Assembly: GCA_013239625.1 (NCBI GenBank)
Contig: MU053652.1
Span: 2,482,001 to 2,546,000 of the forward strand
From: Lama guanicoe
Taxonomy: Eukaryota
DNA length: 64,000 nucleotides
Reading direction: 5' to 3'
Shown: piece by piece, positions 13,061 to 26,000 of the stretch
Layout: every line of letters begins with the position of its first letter
Numbering within the stretch: the first letter of the stretch is position 1
Position numbers and translations under genes: made by a program
The notes under the pieces: generated by a model
Database searches by the model: none
Seen by the model: the letters and a program-made list of their open reading frames with translations, nothing else
Told to the model about the DNA's origin: nothing

Positions 13061-15107
13061 GAGCTTCCACTTAAGATGGCAGAGTGGTAGGATGATGAGC
13101 TCACCTCTCCTCCCGACTACGATGAAACTACAACTGAATACTGATCAACCATCGAGGAAAAGACTGGAACCTAGCAAAAAAAGATCTTCTGCAACTGGAA
13201 ACATAAAGAGGGAAGCACAGCACGACAGTAGGAGGGGCATGCTCGCGATATAATTGGGCCCCATACTCCCTGGGTGGGCAACCCACAAGCTGAAGAATAG
13301 TTAAATCGCAGAGGTCCTCCCACAGGAGTCAGAGTTCTAAGCCCCATGTCAGGCTCCCCAGCCCAGGGTTCTGGCATTGGGAGGAGACCCCAGGACATCT
13401 GGTTTTGAAGGCTAGTGGGGCTTGTTGCCAGGAGCCCCACAGGACTGGGGAAAACGGAGACTCCATTTGCTTGGGAAGTGTACGCGGAAACTTACGTGCA
13501 TCAGGTCCAAGGGTAGAGGCAGTGATTTCATAGGAACCTAGGCCAGGCCTGCCTGCCTTTTTTGGAGGGTCTCCTGGGGATGTATGGGAAGGCTGTGGCT
13601 CACCCAGAGGACATAAAAGCTGATGGCCAACATTCCTGGAGTGTTAATCTACATGAGCTTTCCTGGAGGGCTGCCATCTTGATTGGATCATTAGCACAAG
13701 ACCTAGACCCACCCAACAGCCTGCAGGGAAGCCTCAGGCCAAACAACATACAGGATGGGAACACAGCCACACTCCTCAGCAGACTTGCTAAGCCACAAAG
13801 GCCTCTAGACACGGCCTTATCGACCAGAGGTCCAGACCCAAGCTTCACCCAGCAGTGGGCAGGCACTGGCTCCTCCTGCCAGGAACCCTGCATAAGCCTC
13901 TAGTTCAGCCTCATCCACCAGGGGCAGATACTAGAAACAAGAAAACGAACAATCCCAAAGCCTGTGGAAGGAATCCACAAAGACAGGCCATATTCTACAC
14001 TGGGACTGGCTGGATCCTGACCCTTGGGTGACAAGAGGGGAGTGTACCACCAGGACACATAGGACATCTCCCACAGAGGGCCACCTCTCCAAGGCTGAGA
14101 AACGTAACTAACTTACTTAAAAATAAGAACAAAAAGATAAGACGATATGAGGCGGCAAAGGAATATCTCCTAGGCCAAGGCACAAGATAAAATCCCAAAA
14201 GAAGAAATAAGTGATGAGGAGATAGGCAGTTTATCTCAGAAAGAGTTTAAAGTAATGATGGCCAAGATGTTCAGAGAACTCAAGAGGAGTACAGATGCAC
14301 AGAGCGAAGTCTTTAGCAAACATTTGGAAAATACAAAGAATACCCAAACAGAGCTGAAGAATAAAATCCCTTAAATGAAAAACACACTAGAAGAAACCAA
14401 GAATAGACTAAATGAGGCAGAAGAATGAATCAGTAAGCTAGAAGACAGATTAGTGGAAATCACTACTGCAGAACAGAAAAAAGAAAAAAGAAAAAAGAAT
14501 GAAAACAAAAGAGGATAATTTAACACAACTCTGGGACAACATGAAATGCACTAATATTTGCATTATAAGGGGTCCCAGAAAGAGAAGAGAGACAGAAAGG
14601 ACCTGAGAAAATTTTTTGAGAGATAATCACTGAAAACTTCCCCAACCTGGAAAAGGAAACAGTCACCCAAGTCCAGGAAGCTCAGACAGTACCACACAGG
14701 ATTAACCCAAAGAGGAACACACCAAGGCACATAGTCACCAAACTGACAAAAATTAAGGATAGGTAGAAAACATTAAAATTAGCAAGAGAAAAGCAATGAA
14801 TAACATACAAGGGAACTCCCATAAGGTTATCAGCTGATTTTTCAGCAGAAACTCTAAAGGCCAGAAAGAAGTGGCACGATATATTTAGTGATGTAATTCT
14901 TGGATTACAACCAAGAATACTCTATCCAGCAAAGCTCTTGTTCAGATTTGAGGGAGAAATCAAAAGCTTCACAGGTAAACAAAAGCTAAAAGAACTCAGC
15001 ACCACCAAACCAGATTTACAACAAATGTTAAAGGACTTTCTCTAGTTATCAAACCATAAGAAAAGAGAACAAAAACAAGAAAGAGAGAAAAAAAAAAGAC
15101 TTACAAA
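13061..15107 (+). mobile_element. L1 5' half: GC-rich 5'UTR, disrupted ORF1 (ATG 14147 to TAG 15045) and inter-ORF spacer
   Basis: Starts cttccacttaagatggc; ORF1 motifs (RINPKRNTPRHIV, YKGTPIRLSADFSAETL) with stops and frameshifts; colinear with 61480-63520. Confidence 0.92.
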
Positions 15108-15625
15108 AGATTACTTTGGCTGTTAGGGGTCTTTTGTGGTTCCTTATAAGTTTGGAATTGTTTGTTCTAGTTCTGTGAGGAATGTTGTCAGTATTTTGAC
15201 AGGGGTTGCATTGGATCTGTGGATTGCTTTGGGTAGTGCGGCCATTTTGATAGTGTTGATTCTTCCAATTGAAGACCACAAGAAATCTTTCCATTTCTTT
15301 GTGTCATTCTGGTTTTCGGAGTATAGATAACCTCCTTGGTTAAGTTTATATCTAGGTACTTTGTTGTTTTTAATGCAATGGAAACGTTTATTCCAGTTAT
15401 AAAATTCTGGTTTTTGAAGTGAAAAAAAAAAAGTGACTGAAGGGCCACAAATGGCAAAATGTACTTCTTTCTTATGGGTGAGTTGTATTCCATTACATAT
15501 ACATATGCTACATCTTCTTTATCTATTCAGCTATTGATGTGCACTTAGGATGCTTCTGTATCTTGGCATTGTAAATAATGTTGCTGTTAATAGCACGGTT
15601 TATGTATCTTTTTGAGTTAATTCTT
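15108..15625 (-). mobile_element. Two inverted L1 ORF2/3' fragments (approx. 15108-15390 and 15445-15625)
   Basis: Antisense L1 motifs ggggtcttttgtggttcc, ttgattcttccaatt, and gtattccatt...cttctttatctattca; minus-strand ORFs 15049..15493 are L1-like. Confidence 0.85.
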
Positions 15626-15765
15626 ATTTTGTGGTTGGCTTTATTCCTTTGATAACTATGAAAGTTTAAAAAGCTAAAGCTCTAAATGTTCTTAAAAACA
15701 ATGAACAGTACATATATGTAAATTTTAAAATATATATGTAGTTAAAAAAAAAGAAAAAAAAAAAA

Positions 15766-16285
15766 GAAATGAGCTATCAAGCCATGAAAGAAACTTAAAA
15801 GACATATTACTAAATGAAAAAGAAGCCAGTGTGAAAGGTTACAAACTGTATGATTCCAACCAAATGACATCCTGGAAAAGGCAAAGCTACAGAAACAATA
15901 AAAAGATCATAGTTTCCAGGGGTTTGAGGAGAGGGAGGGAGGAATGAATAGATGGACCAAAGGGATTTTTAGGGCAATGAAATTATTCTGTATGATACTA
16001 TAGTGGTGGCTACATGTTATTATGCATTTGTCAAAACCCATAGAATGTACAACATCAAGCGTGAACCCTAATGTAAACTATGGACTTTGGTTAATAATAA
16101 TGCATCCATGTTGGTTCATCGATTTTACCAAATACATCACACTGATGATGGATGTTGAGGGCAGGGGAGTATATAATGTGTGTGAGGGGGAGGGCTATGT
16201 GCAAACTCTGTATTTTCTGCTCAATTCTTCTGTGAACCTGAAACTGCTCTAAAAAATAAAGTGTAATAATAAAAAAAGAAAAAAG
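15766..16285 (+). mobile_element. Ancient L1 3' end (L1MC1/L1MB-like) with AATAAA and A tail
   Basis: gaaatgagctatcaagccatgaaa, gtgaaccctaatgtaaactatggactttgg, aaactgctctaaaaaataaagt. Confidence 0.8.
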
Positions 16286-16305
16286 AATAATAATTTTTTA
16301 AAAAG

Positions 16306-16393
16306 AGGGGTGGGTATAGCTCAGCAGTAGAGCATGTGCTTAGTATGCTCAAGATCCTGCATTCAATCTCCAGTACTTCCATAAAAAAAAAAA
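16306..16393 (+). mobile_element. tRNA-derived SINE (camelid Vic-like)
   Basis: gggtatagctcagcagtagagcatgtgcttag...attcaatctccagtacttcc + poly-A. Confidence 0.9.
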
Positions 16394-17004
16394 GTCAGAG
16401 GAAAGCATTTATAAGTTAAGTTTCAATTCTTAAACAGTCTCCTTTAATCTCTAATGGGCCTTTGGTCAGAAAAATTTTTTTAAAAGCACAACTTAATATT
16501 CCAACTACAGCTATTATGTCTGAAGGAAGGGAAAAAAACCACTATGATTTCCCCAAATTTGTCCTTAGCCTTTTAAAAAACAAAGTTCAACATTAAGTAA
16601 AGTACCAAGAAATAAAATTTTAGCAATGTAAATATTAGCTGAAGGTACCTTAAATCTTGTTAATAAGAAGGAATTTATCTCTAGCCATCCAGCCAATGTG
16701 AAGATTCACATCCTTTCTTCTATAGATTCTATAGGAAATACTCTTAATTATTCATAGTAATGCCAAAGTAACAGAAGTAACTAGCTTCTGTTATCAATAC
16801 ATCTCTCAAGCACAACTTGTAAAAGCAGAGGAAGAAATAAGTAAACATGATATGATAAAGAAACACAAATCTAATTATACCTACAGAGATTTTAATGTAT
16901 TTATATTTTGTATAAAATACAATTATATAATAAACATATAAACATACATATGTATGTATGCATGCATGCGTGTGTTTGTGTGTGAGGTGGTGGTGGTGGT
17001 GGTG

Positions 17005-17229
17005 GTGCAGTGGTAAACTTTGGAGTCAGAACCCTCAGGATCAAATCCTGGCTCTGTCATTTATGGTCGAGTGATGCTAGATGAGTTATACAACCCGTTT
17101 AAAAATGTCTCCATTTCTTCTTTTATAAAAGAGATAATAATAGTATCTACCCCACTGGCTTATTCTGAGGATAACATACAGGATCTAGTACACAAAAATT
17201 GCTCAGTAAATGGTAGTTATTATCATCAT
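17005..17229 (+). mobile_element. MIR SINE preceded by (TG)/(GGT) simple repeats
   Basis: tttggagtcagaac...tcaaatcctggctctgtcattta...gctcagtaaatggtagttattat. Confidence 0.75.
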
Positions 17230-17871
17230 TAAAAGCTAACCTTCCCTTTCTCCAAATTAAGTTTTTTTATAATCTATCAGTAACCAAAGGGACAGAGGTA
17301 TTTTTCTACATTTTTCAGTAGCTTATCACCTGCTAAGGCTAAAAAGCAAACAGTGACCCAGGAGATGTATGAAAATGTTTGAGTATGTGATTTTGCAATT
17401 AAATGGCAAAGGTAATGATGTAAAACCATAAACATATTTGAAGCTGTATTCTGAAACGTAAATTATAAAGGTATTATTTAGTCAATTGGATCGTCACATT
17501 CACTGTTAAGAGAGTCATCAACAGGCCAGGCATATGTCAGCGGTCTAAAACTGACAATTTTTAGTGGTTAGGCCTTGAATCACTTGAAGGTAGGTTCATC
17601 AGCTTCAGAGGAATTTTTTTTATTATTTTAACAGTTGCAAAATTTCCTTGCTCTATCTGTAGTAATTTTTAGCATCAAGATCTATGTTCATTTTGTACTT
17701 CCCTTTGAAAGAAGAAAGCAAAAATAAAAATAACAAGACATTTACAAAAGTCATTATCTTCACAGTATTTACACTGTCATGTCACTAAATTTCCAAAGAC
17801 AGTCATATCTCCAAAGTTTAGGTAATACCAACAATAGTTGACAATGCTAAATAAAAGTTGTCAGTGAACTA

Positions 17872-18021
<150 letters not shown>

Positions 18022-19455
18022 CTATAATAAATAAAACAAATCAGATTTTAAAAAATGTATGCATACTCAAGAAACTACAGAAGCCATAGTAAAATTCTTC
18101 ATTCTGGTAGTAGTGTGTAATAAGTAACTTATTTAGCTTTACCCATATTAAAAAAAACTAAAACATAATTGCATTTCTAGCAAAGGCTTCTTCTGATTGT
18201 TCTCAAGTTTCCATTTTAATGTGGCTACTTCCTTAGGTTAAATCGTATATTAAAATAAATTGATTATCAAGGTTACACTGACAATGGAAGACATGAAACA
18301 AAAGCAATCATAGTTAAGAAGCTATTTCAAGATACAGAGTTTGCTTAGGACAACAAATAATGGGGATTATCAAATTAATCAAGTATTGATCATAATAACA
18401 AATGATATCTTTAAAAAAAACTCACAAGTTGAATCACTGAAGGTCAACAATAACTAGAAACTTTAAAAATTTTAGCATCTTAATTTTGCTTTAGCCTTAA
18501 GGCCAAATATTAAGTGGCACAAGTGATTTGTGAAGTAACTTTTTAAATATTATTCTATTATTCAATACCAAATAAGAAACATAAAAGGAATGCAATAATG
18601 ATTTCACTATATTAATTACTGTTTTACTGATACTCTGTACTCGAAGTGTTAAAGCATTTCCTGAAATTTTGAAAACATTTATAATCAGTACTGTTATATA
18701 ACAGATGTATTATTTCCATACTATAGATGGAAATTCATTTGTCCTTTAATTTGGGAGACTTTCAGAGAAAGCGCTTTCATTTATTCTGATGGTGTCTTTT
18801 ACTTAAAGTTCTCAAATGACAGAGATCAAATAATCATCTACGGCCTAAACAGAAAGAATAAAGAATACAGGTTATATCAGTAATTTACTACATAATCTGA
18901 GCCTAATTATTAAACTATATGTAAAGTTTAAGGGAGAAATAGTTAAAGAAACCACTCTTGAACACTTAGTGACACTAAAACTTCAGAATTCAGGACTGTT
19001 TTCACAAGGCTGATGGAGAAGATATGTCAGTCACAGATAGGAAAAATAAAGACAAAAGACCTCTCACACAATGGGAAATCTAAAATCAGGAAGTTATATA
19101 CACCTTTTCATATCATGGAAAAAGGTATCCAAATGCTGAAAACTGTACACCTACTTGAATGTTCATATTGTAGAAACAATAGGCCATGCTGTACATCAGA
19201 TCTATGCAGCTAAGAAGCAGCAGCCATTGACCATTTTCAAAAGAAGAAAAGTGCCAGGAATTATGGACTATGCAAAAATGATTAATCTCTTAGGGAATTT
19301 TAGGGATAATATTGAATGTCTGCTACATATTCTAGTAAATGTCTGTTATGTATTTTAATTTTTTATTCAAATTACTTAAAAATAATCAGAAGAAGATATA
19401 TTTTGGGATTCCTTCAGATTGTACGTCATGGAAAGTCTACAGGTCAGTGTAGTTA

Positions 19456-19593
<138 letters not shown>

Positions 19594-20518
19594 TTAAGGC
19601 ATTCTATCCTAGAAAATTAGCAGCACACCTGATGTTAATACAATTGTAGCAAACAAATTAATTGCACACCTAACTAACAACAGAAGAATTATAAATTTGT
19701 TTACATCAAATCTTAAATTTCTTGTCACTCTCACAAAATAATCTGAATTTGTTACAACTGAGTTCTGAAGTTCTTTAATGCCCATCAAAAACCTCACTTA
19801 AGAACAATCTACTTCATGTTATAAAACAGGAACAGCATAATGAAGGCCTACACCAAAGGTTCAAAGAGCTGATATCCCATTTATCTGTTCACAATAAAAA
19901 AGCTAATAACAGACTGTTCTCATTTTTACTGTAAATAAATGTCTTGTTTAGAAAATAATAAATTCCTTAGTTGATGAACACCACCCTCCATTACTGAATG
20001 GAGGAAGTTCTCTGAAGTGCTGGAGAATATTTACTTATGCAGTAGTCACAGAACATTAGGGCTGGATCCTCTAGGTCAGTGTCTTCCAAAGCAAAATGTA
20101 CAGTTCTGTGAGATGCTCTGTGACAAAAGGGTCCTGGTTTCAAATGCTAAATAATACCCCCTATCCTGGTCTAGTCAAATTGCTTCATTTTATAAAAACT
20201 AAGACCTAGGAACATTAAAAATATATTGTTCTCAAGTTCACACATCTACTTAGTAGCAAAAGCTAGGCTAAAATACAATTCTCTTGATTCTCAGACCGGG
20301 AAACATCTGCTAATTGAATAACTCAGAGGTAAAGTCCATTTGCTGAACATCACTGTATACACAGGCTCTGACACTGACTTCTCTGCTCGCCAGTATGGAA
20401 ATTAAAACGTATGACATAAAAAATTAACACAAGCCTTCCATCTCTCTCTTCTTTTGAATAAACCAACAATCTCAAATATATGTTACACTGAAACCGCAGC
20501 ACAGACAAGAGCATCTTA

Positions 20519-20710
<192 letters not shown>

Positions 20711-23700
20711 TTAAGTTAGTAACCTCTCTACAAAAGATTAATACATCCATACCCTGCTCTACCTGTGTCCATAGCACTTATCTCCTAACATACTACATAA
20801 ATTTTATATTAAACAATAAACAATTGTTTATTGCCTTCTCTCAACTCAAGAATATAAGCTCGACAGGGGCAGAGTTTGCTTAGTTTACTGTTTCTAGTGC
20901 CTAAAACAGTGCTTGGTATATAACAGTTACTCAAGTATCTGCTGAACAAATAAATGAATGCTAACTACCAGAATGGAGCTAGAGGAAGGGAAGAGGTAGA
21001 AAAAGGTATGCAATGTAATCATTTTATTGCGGGAGAGGCAATAGCTGATTTATTATCTAGGTCAGTCCTAATTTAATAGCAGAGATAAAATATTCAAATT
21101 TTGACCTGGAAAAACAAAAAACTTGACAAAAGTGAAACACAGTTTTGTTTAATAAGGTCAGAGTCATCTAAAATATCTGCTCATAACATACAATGAAATG
21201 ACACAGTTTCTAAGAAAAATAAAATAAAATAAAATACGTGGGGATAAAACATGCCATTTTGTTTTTCTGAGTGGCTCAAACTTGCCAGAGTTAATATTTT
21301 ATTTTTTCAGAAATCCATCAAATGAGTGATGGTCATTCTGCATTATCCAGTAATTTGTGAAACACTGATACGGCAAATGCCAAGTTTCTCATTATTGTTA
21401 CTTGGAAATATTAGTTGAAATATAATTTTATGATTCACAACATACTTGCCATAGATCTAAAACAATGCCATTGTTTCAAAATTACATTTCTTTTATACAC
21501 GAGCAATTATTATATACTCAAAAAGCTAAACAAACATCAGGTTGAAGTAAAACATTTCAGTCAATACAGAATACTATTGGAGGAGATGCTAACCATACTG
21601 ATATTCATTCATCTTTATCTACATTAGCAGGGTCAAATAACACAGTATTTATTTTTTCCCTGTTCACCTTAAATTCATTCATATTTTACATTCAAATTCA
21701 ATAAATTTGTTTGGGATATTTTACACACTATCCAAATGTACCCCACAGTAAACATATTAAAAAATTACACACACATATATAACACAATATGCAAATTTAT
21801 ATGCAGCGATATACAAATAAATTTAAATTTATATTATACACACACCTACATCAACCTAATCTTAATAGTAACCCAACATTCATGCTATATAGTCTTTAGT
21901 GGTTACGTAAATCCTGTATTCCCTTAATAAGCCTTGGTAAACTTTCAAAAGTGCCTAGGTTCTGACCTCTGTTCCTCAGATAACCTTGGAAGAAAAGCAG
22001 TATAGAAATAAAAATTATTTTCATTAGTGGTAGACATGGAGGACATAAATGCCTAAATTTATTGCACTTGAATGTCTTCATCCCATTTCATCTTTAATAC
22101 TGAGCCTTTGGATTAAGAATTCTATAACATGGGTTGACACACTATGGCTTGATCTGACCTTCCTGGGGTCAAATTAGGCTTATCCATTCATTTATGTTTT
22201 GTCTGTGGCTGATTTCACCCATAATAGCAGGGATGCAACGGCAACAATTACATCTGGCTCTTCATAGACAACATTTTCTAACCCCAATTTCGTAATCTTT
22301 TAAAATGCAAGTATCAGAAATGTATGGCTTATAAACTAATGCAACAAACTTCTTACCTTAAACAAGGACCCACTGAAGAAATGGAAATTTCTGGGTGGAG
22401 TGGAAATCGGTCAAGAGGGAAAGAAATTTTGAATTCTATAAAATGGAGCTGGAGTCACCAAGAGGAAATTAGAGGAAATTAAAGTATTGGGTCGGGGGAG
22501 GCATGCAAAAATGTGGAAGAATTTAAGACCAAATTTTATAGGCTTCCTCTTCCATACTGTTACATTTTGTCTAGAAGCAGCTTTGTAGCAGAAGAGAAAA
22601 ATGACAAGCATTGCTTCTCAAAAACAAAAGCAGTAAGCAGGTTTACGATATTTAGGGAGGTAAGACTACCATGTTTATAAAATTTGTACTGTAAGAGTTA
22701 TAAAAAATTACTTTGATTATTAAGCATACTAGAAAATATGTGCTTCACATTTCTTTGATCTTTCATATATAATATGCCTTTTATTCTGCATAATGTTGAT
22801 TTCTGCCCCAAAGTTATACATTTAAATCTATTATTGGCTTTTAAAACAGCTTAAAACACAAACCATACAATTCACCTATTTAAAGTATACAGCCTAATTT
22901 TTTTTTAGTATATTCACTGAAAAATCATCATCACAATCTAATTTTAGAACATTTCATAACTCCAAAAAGGAACTCTATACTCATTAGCAGCCCGTCATTC
23001 CCCAACCCTCTTCACGTCTCCCCACAGGGCAGCTGCATCATTTAACATGACTACCAGCAACTAGTGTGTAGTATGGATAGGCAAAGTGAGAGGCTCTTGA
23101 GATACACGGATCAAATGGGAGGCTGTTATGAGTGCAATGGGGTGGACTGGAAAAAAAGTAGTAGGGAAATATCAATAAAGAAGCATTATTTCCATGAAAT
23201 GGGTATCATCAGCACAGAAAATTGCATCATAAGTACTAAAAAAAGTCTCTAGACTAACTTAATAGAGACCAAGCTTGGAGAAGAAACTTGTGAAAAATAA
23301 GACTAAAAATGTTTCAATAAAATTTTTTGGAGGTATCCATATATTTTACTCTAAGAATATTCAAACATAAAATCTCTCAAGAACAACATTCCTATTAATC
23401 CTGAAGTTTACAGGCCTTTACAAATAAAAGTTTTATTGCATACTAAAGACAAGGAAAGTGTCTATATATAAAATATATGTGTGTATGTAAACAGAAAAAA
23501 TACGAGATATGAAAGAATACCAAATTGTAAATAATAGTTTCGGGGGTGGGGTGGGAGTTACTTTAACATTCAATTACACAATATAAAAATTTCCAATATA
23601 TATTGCCTTTATATTGTAAGAAGAAAAATCCAAACCAAAATACAGAAAAAAAAAATATCTGGGTATAAATACTGGAGACTTTTACTATTAAGTGAAACAT

Positions 23701-24389
23701 TTTCACATACCTTTTCAAATTTCTCACGAACAAAATTTTACATTAATATTTGGAAGTTGTTATTTAGATGGGAAGGGATTTCAGGTTTCAAAAGACAATT
23801 TTACTGGCACTAAAAAAAAAAGCTTTAAAACTATTTTGCTGGCGTAATTACAAAACTAAAACTATGTATTAAAAAGTATTTTTGATACTTTCTCTAAAAA
23901 ATAAAAACGAGAACTTATATCTGAAGAGTTCCTAAAGATCAAGGAGTTAATTCAAATTTACACTGAATATATCTATGTTAATGGCCTTTTGTTTAAATTT
24001 TACAAATTGTACTTAGGCATAATTCCTACTTCCACTCCATTCCACATACAGTAACAATTCAAAAAACATTTCAATAGAAAATGAACAAAAATAAAGTTTT
24101 TCATTATCTAACTTCAAAAGCAGTCTGAATTTCCCCAAGAAACTTAAAAATGTCCATTTCTGTAATACTTTAAATTTGATTTGTTATCTCCTTTGTAAAC
24201 AGAAGGAAAAAACCCTATTTCTCATCTTAAATGAAGATTTTATACATTTTTATTAAAAAATTAAAATGTAAAAAATTACATATAATTACATATACTTTAA
24301 AGAATTATGGCCTAGCCCTAGTATGCATTCTAGAATTGAATTTTTACTACAAACAGAAGCTGCTTATGAAATCTAAGGTTGGGATTTTC

Positions 24390-25584
24390 TGTTTCAGATA
24401 GCAAACTAAACATTAACTACATTATCCCTCCTTTCCATAACCCCACTTGAATTGGCAAAAACAACATTATAGCAAAAAGAAAAATAAAAGCCAAAGAATA
24501 GGACTAGAAAAGAAGAAATTATGTCAAGACATCAAGAGGTAAGAAATTTTCTGGAATCCTGAAAGATAGCAGTTGGGATTGTACCGACAGAAATCACAGC
24601 CAAGAAACAGAGAACCCAACTCATCAGAGATAAAAGATGGAAAATTTCCAAACAAGTCATCAAATACAAAAAGTTGTAGACAATGAAAATGACTCCTGTG
24701 GAGAGCTTCTAATAAGGACACAGGGGCTTGAGTAAGAATAAGCGCAGAGCTTAAAGTAACTGCAAATCTTCACCACAGACATTAGGGGAGGATATAGGAG
24801 ACAAAGCAGCTGTGCTTTGTTTTGATAATCATGTATGTCCCATCCTGCCTGCCTAGGTTCAGTTTATTCACCCTATAAGAAAGCCTGAATGTACTTTGCA
24901 TTCATACAGAACCCTTGGTCAGTGTTTGATTTAAGGGAGAAATAGAAAAATAGACCTATACAATGCACCGGAAACCACTGTCAAAACTTTCTTAACTGAT
25001 ATAGTCCTTTATTCATAAATTTTAATGTTAAGACAGGAATCACACGACATATGAGGAAAAAAATTAGCAGTCTAAAGAGAGGGGCCTGGATGAACAAATA
25101 GAACGGGGAAAGATAAATCACGGAAAGGAACAGAACTTAGAAGAAAAAACCCAAACTCACTACCCTTGTAGAGAGTAAAGAAAAACATGTGTAAAACAAG
25201 AATAAGTTTTCATAAAAAGAAGCAGAGTATGAAAAGATGTTAAAAAGAAAAACTATGATTTAAAAAATCAAATGACAGAATGAAAACAAAATGGGCATAG
25301 TTAAAAACAAAGTCAGTGGTCTCAAGACAAAGTTGATAAATTATCAGAATATATAGCAAAAAGATATAGAAATTATGATAGCAAAGGGACACAGATAATA
25401 AAGCCATTGAAGTAAAAAAAATTTGTCTGAAAAGAACCCCAGAAGGCGAGGTGAAACAATGTAGAAGAAAAAAAAAAAAGAAAGAAAGAAAGAAAGAAAA
25501 TTTCCCTGAACAGAAAAATAAGTAGGTATCCTGTTTGAAAGAGCCTTGGGCGCTAAGCATGGTTGTTGTTGTTTTTAAGATTAC

Positions 25585-25623
<39 letters not shown>

Positions 25624-26000
25624 AATATAGCTCCTAGTGAAACTTCAAAACATTAGGAATAAAAAAAAATTCTAAAAGCGTCTAGAGAGGGAAAAAGCAG
25701 GTTATTATCTACAGAGGAATAAGTATCAAACTAACATTAGGCCTTTTATCAGTAACAAAGAATGCTAGAATACAATGGAGTAACAACTTCAAAATTCCTT
25801 GGAATATAAAATGATATGGAACTAAAATTCTATTTCCAGTTAAACTAGCAATCTCAACAATGAGGGCAAAATAAAGGAATCTTTGGATTAGCAGAAATAA
25901 TAAAGAAATAACATCAGTGACTGCATCTGAAAAAGTTCTTCGAGGAGCTATTTCAACAAAACAAGGAAGAGCCCTCAGGTTGATAGTGAAGTCTAGGAAC
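24390..26000 (+). mobile_element. Old L1/HAL1 ORF1-region remnant containing a (CT)n microsatellite at ~25588-25622
   Basis: Degenerate ORF1 C-terminal motifs (ctagtgaaacttca...aaattctaaaagc; gctagaatacaatggagtaac; aaaattctatttccag). Confidence 0.6.

Noticed and set aside
13171..14198. GC-rich ORFs in both directions (13171..13440, 13562..13903, 13600..13893, 13995..14198)
   Set aside because: All lie within the L1 5'UTR; I could not establish frame conservation with the paralogous 5'UTR at 61480, so no ORF0-like claim is made.
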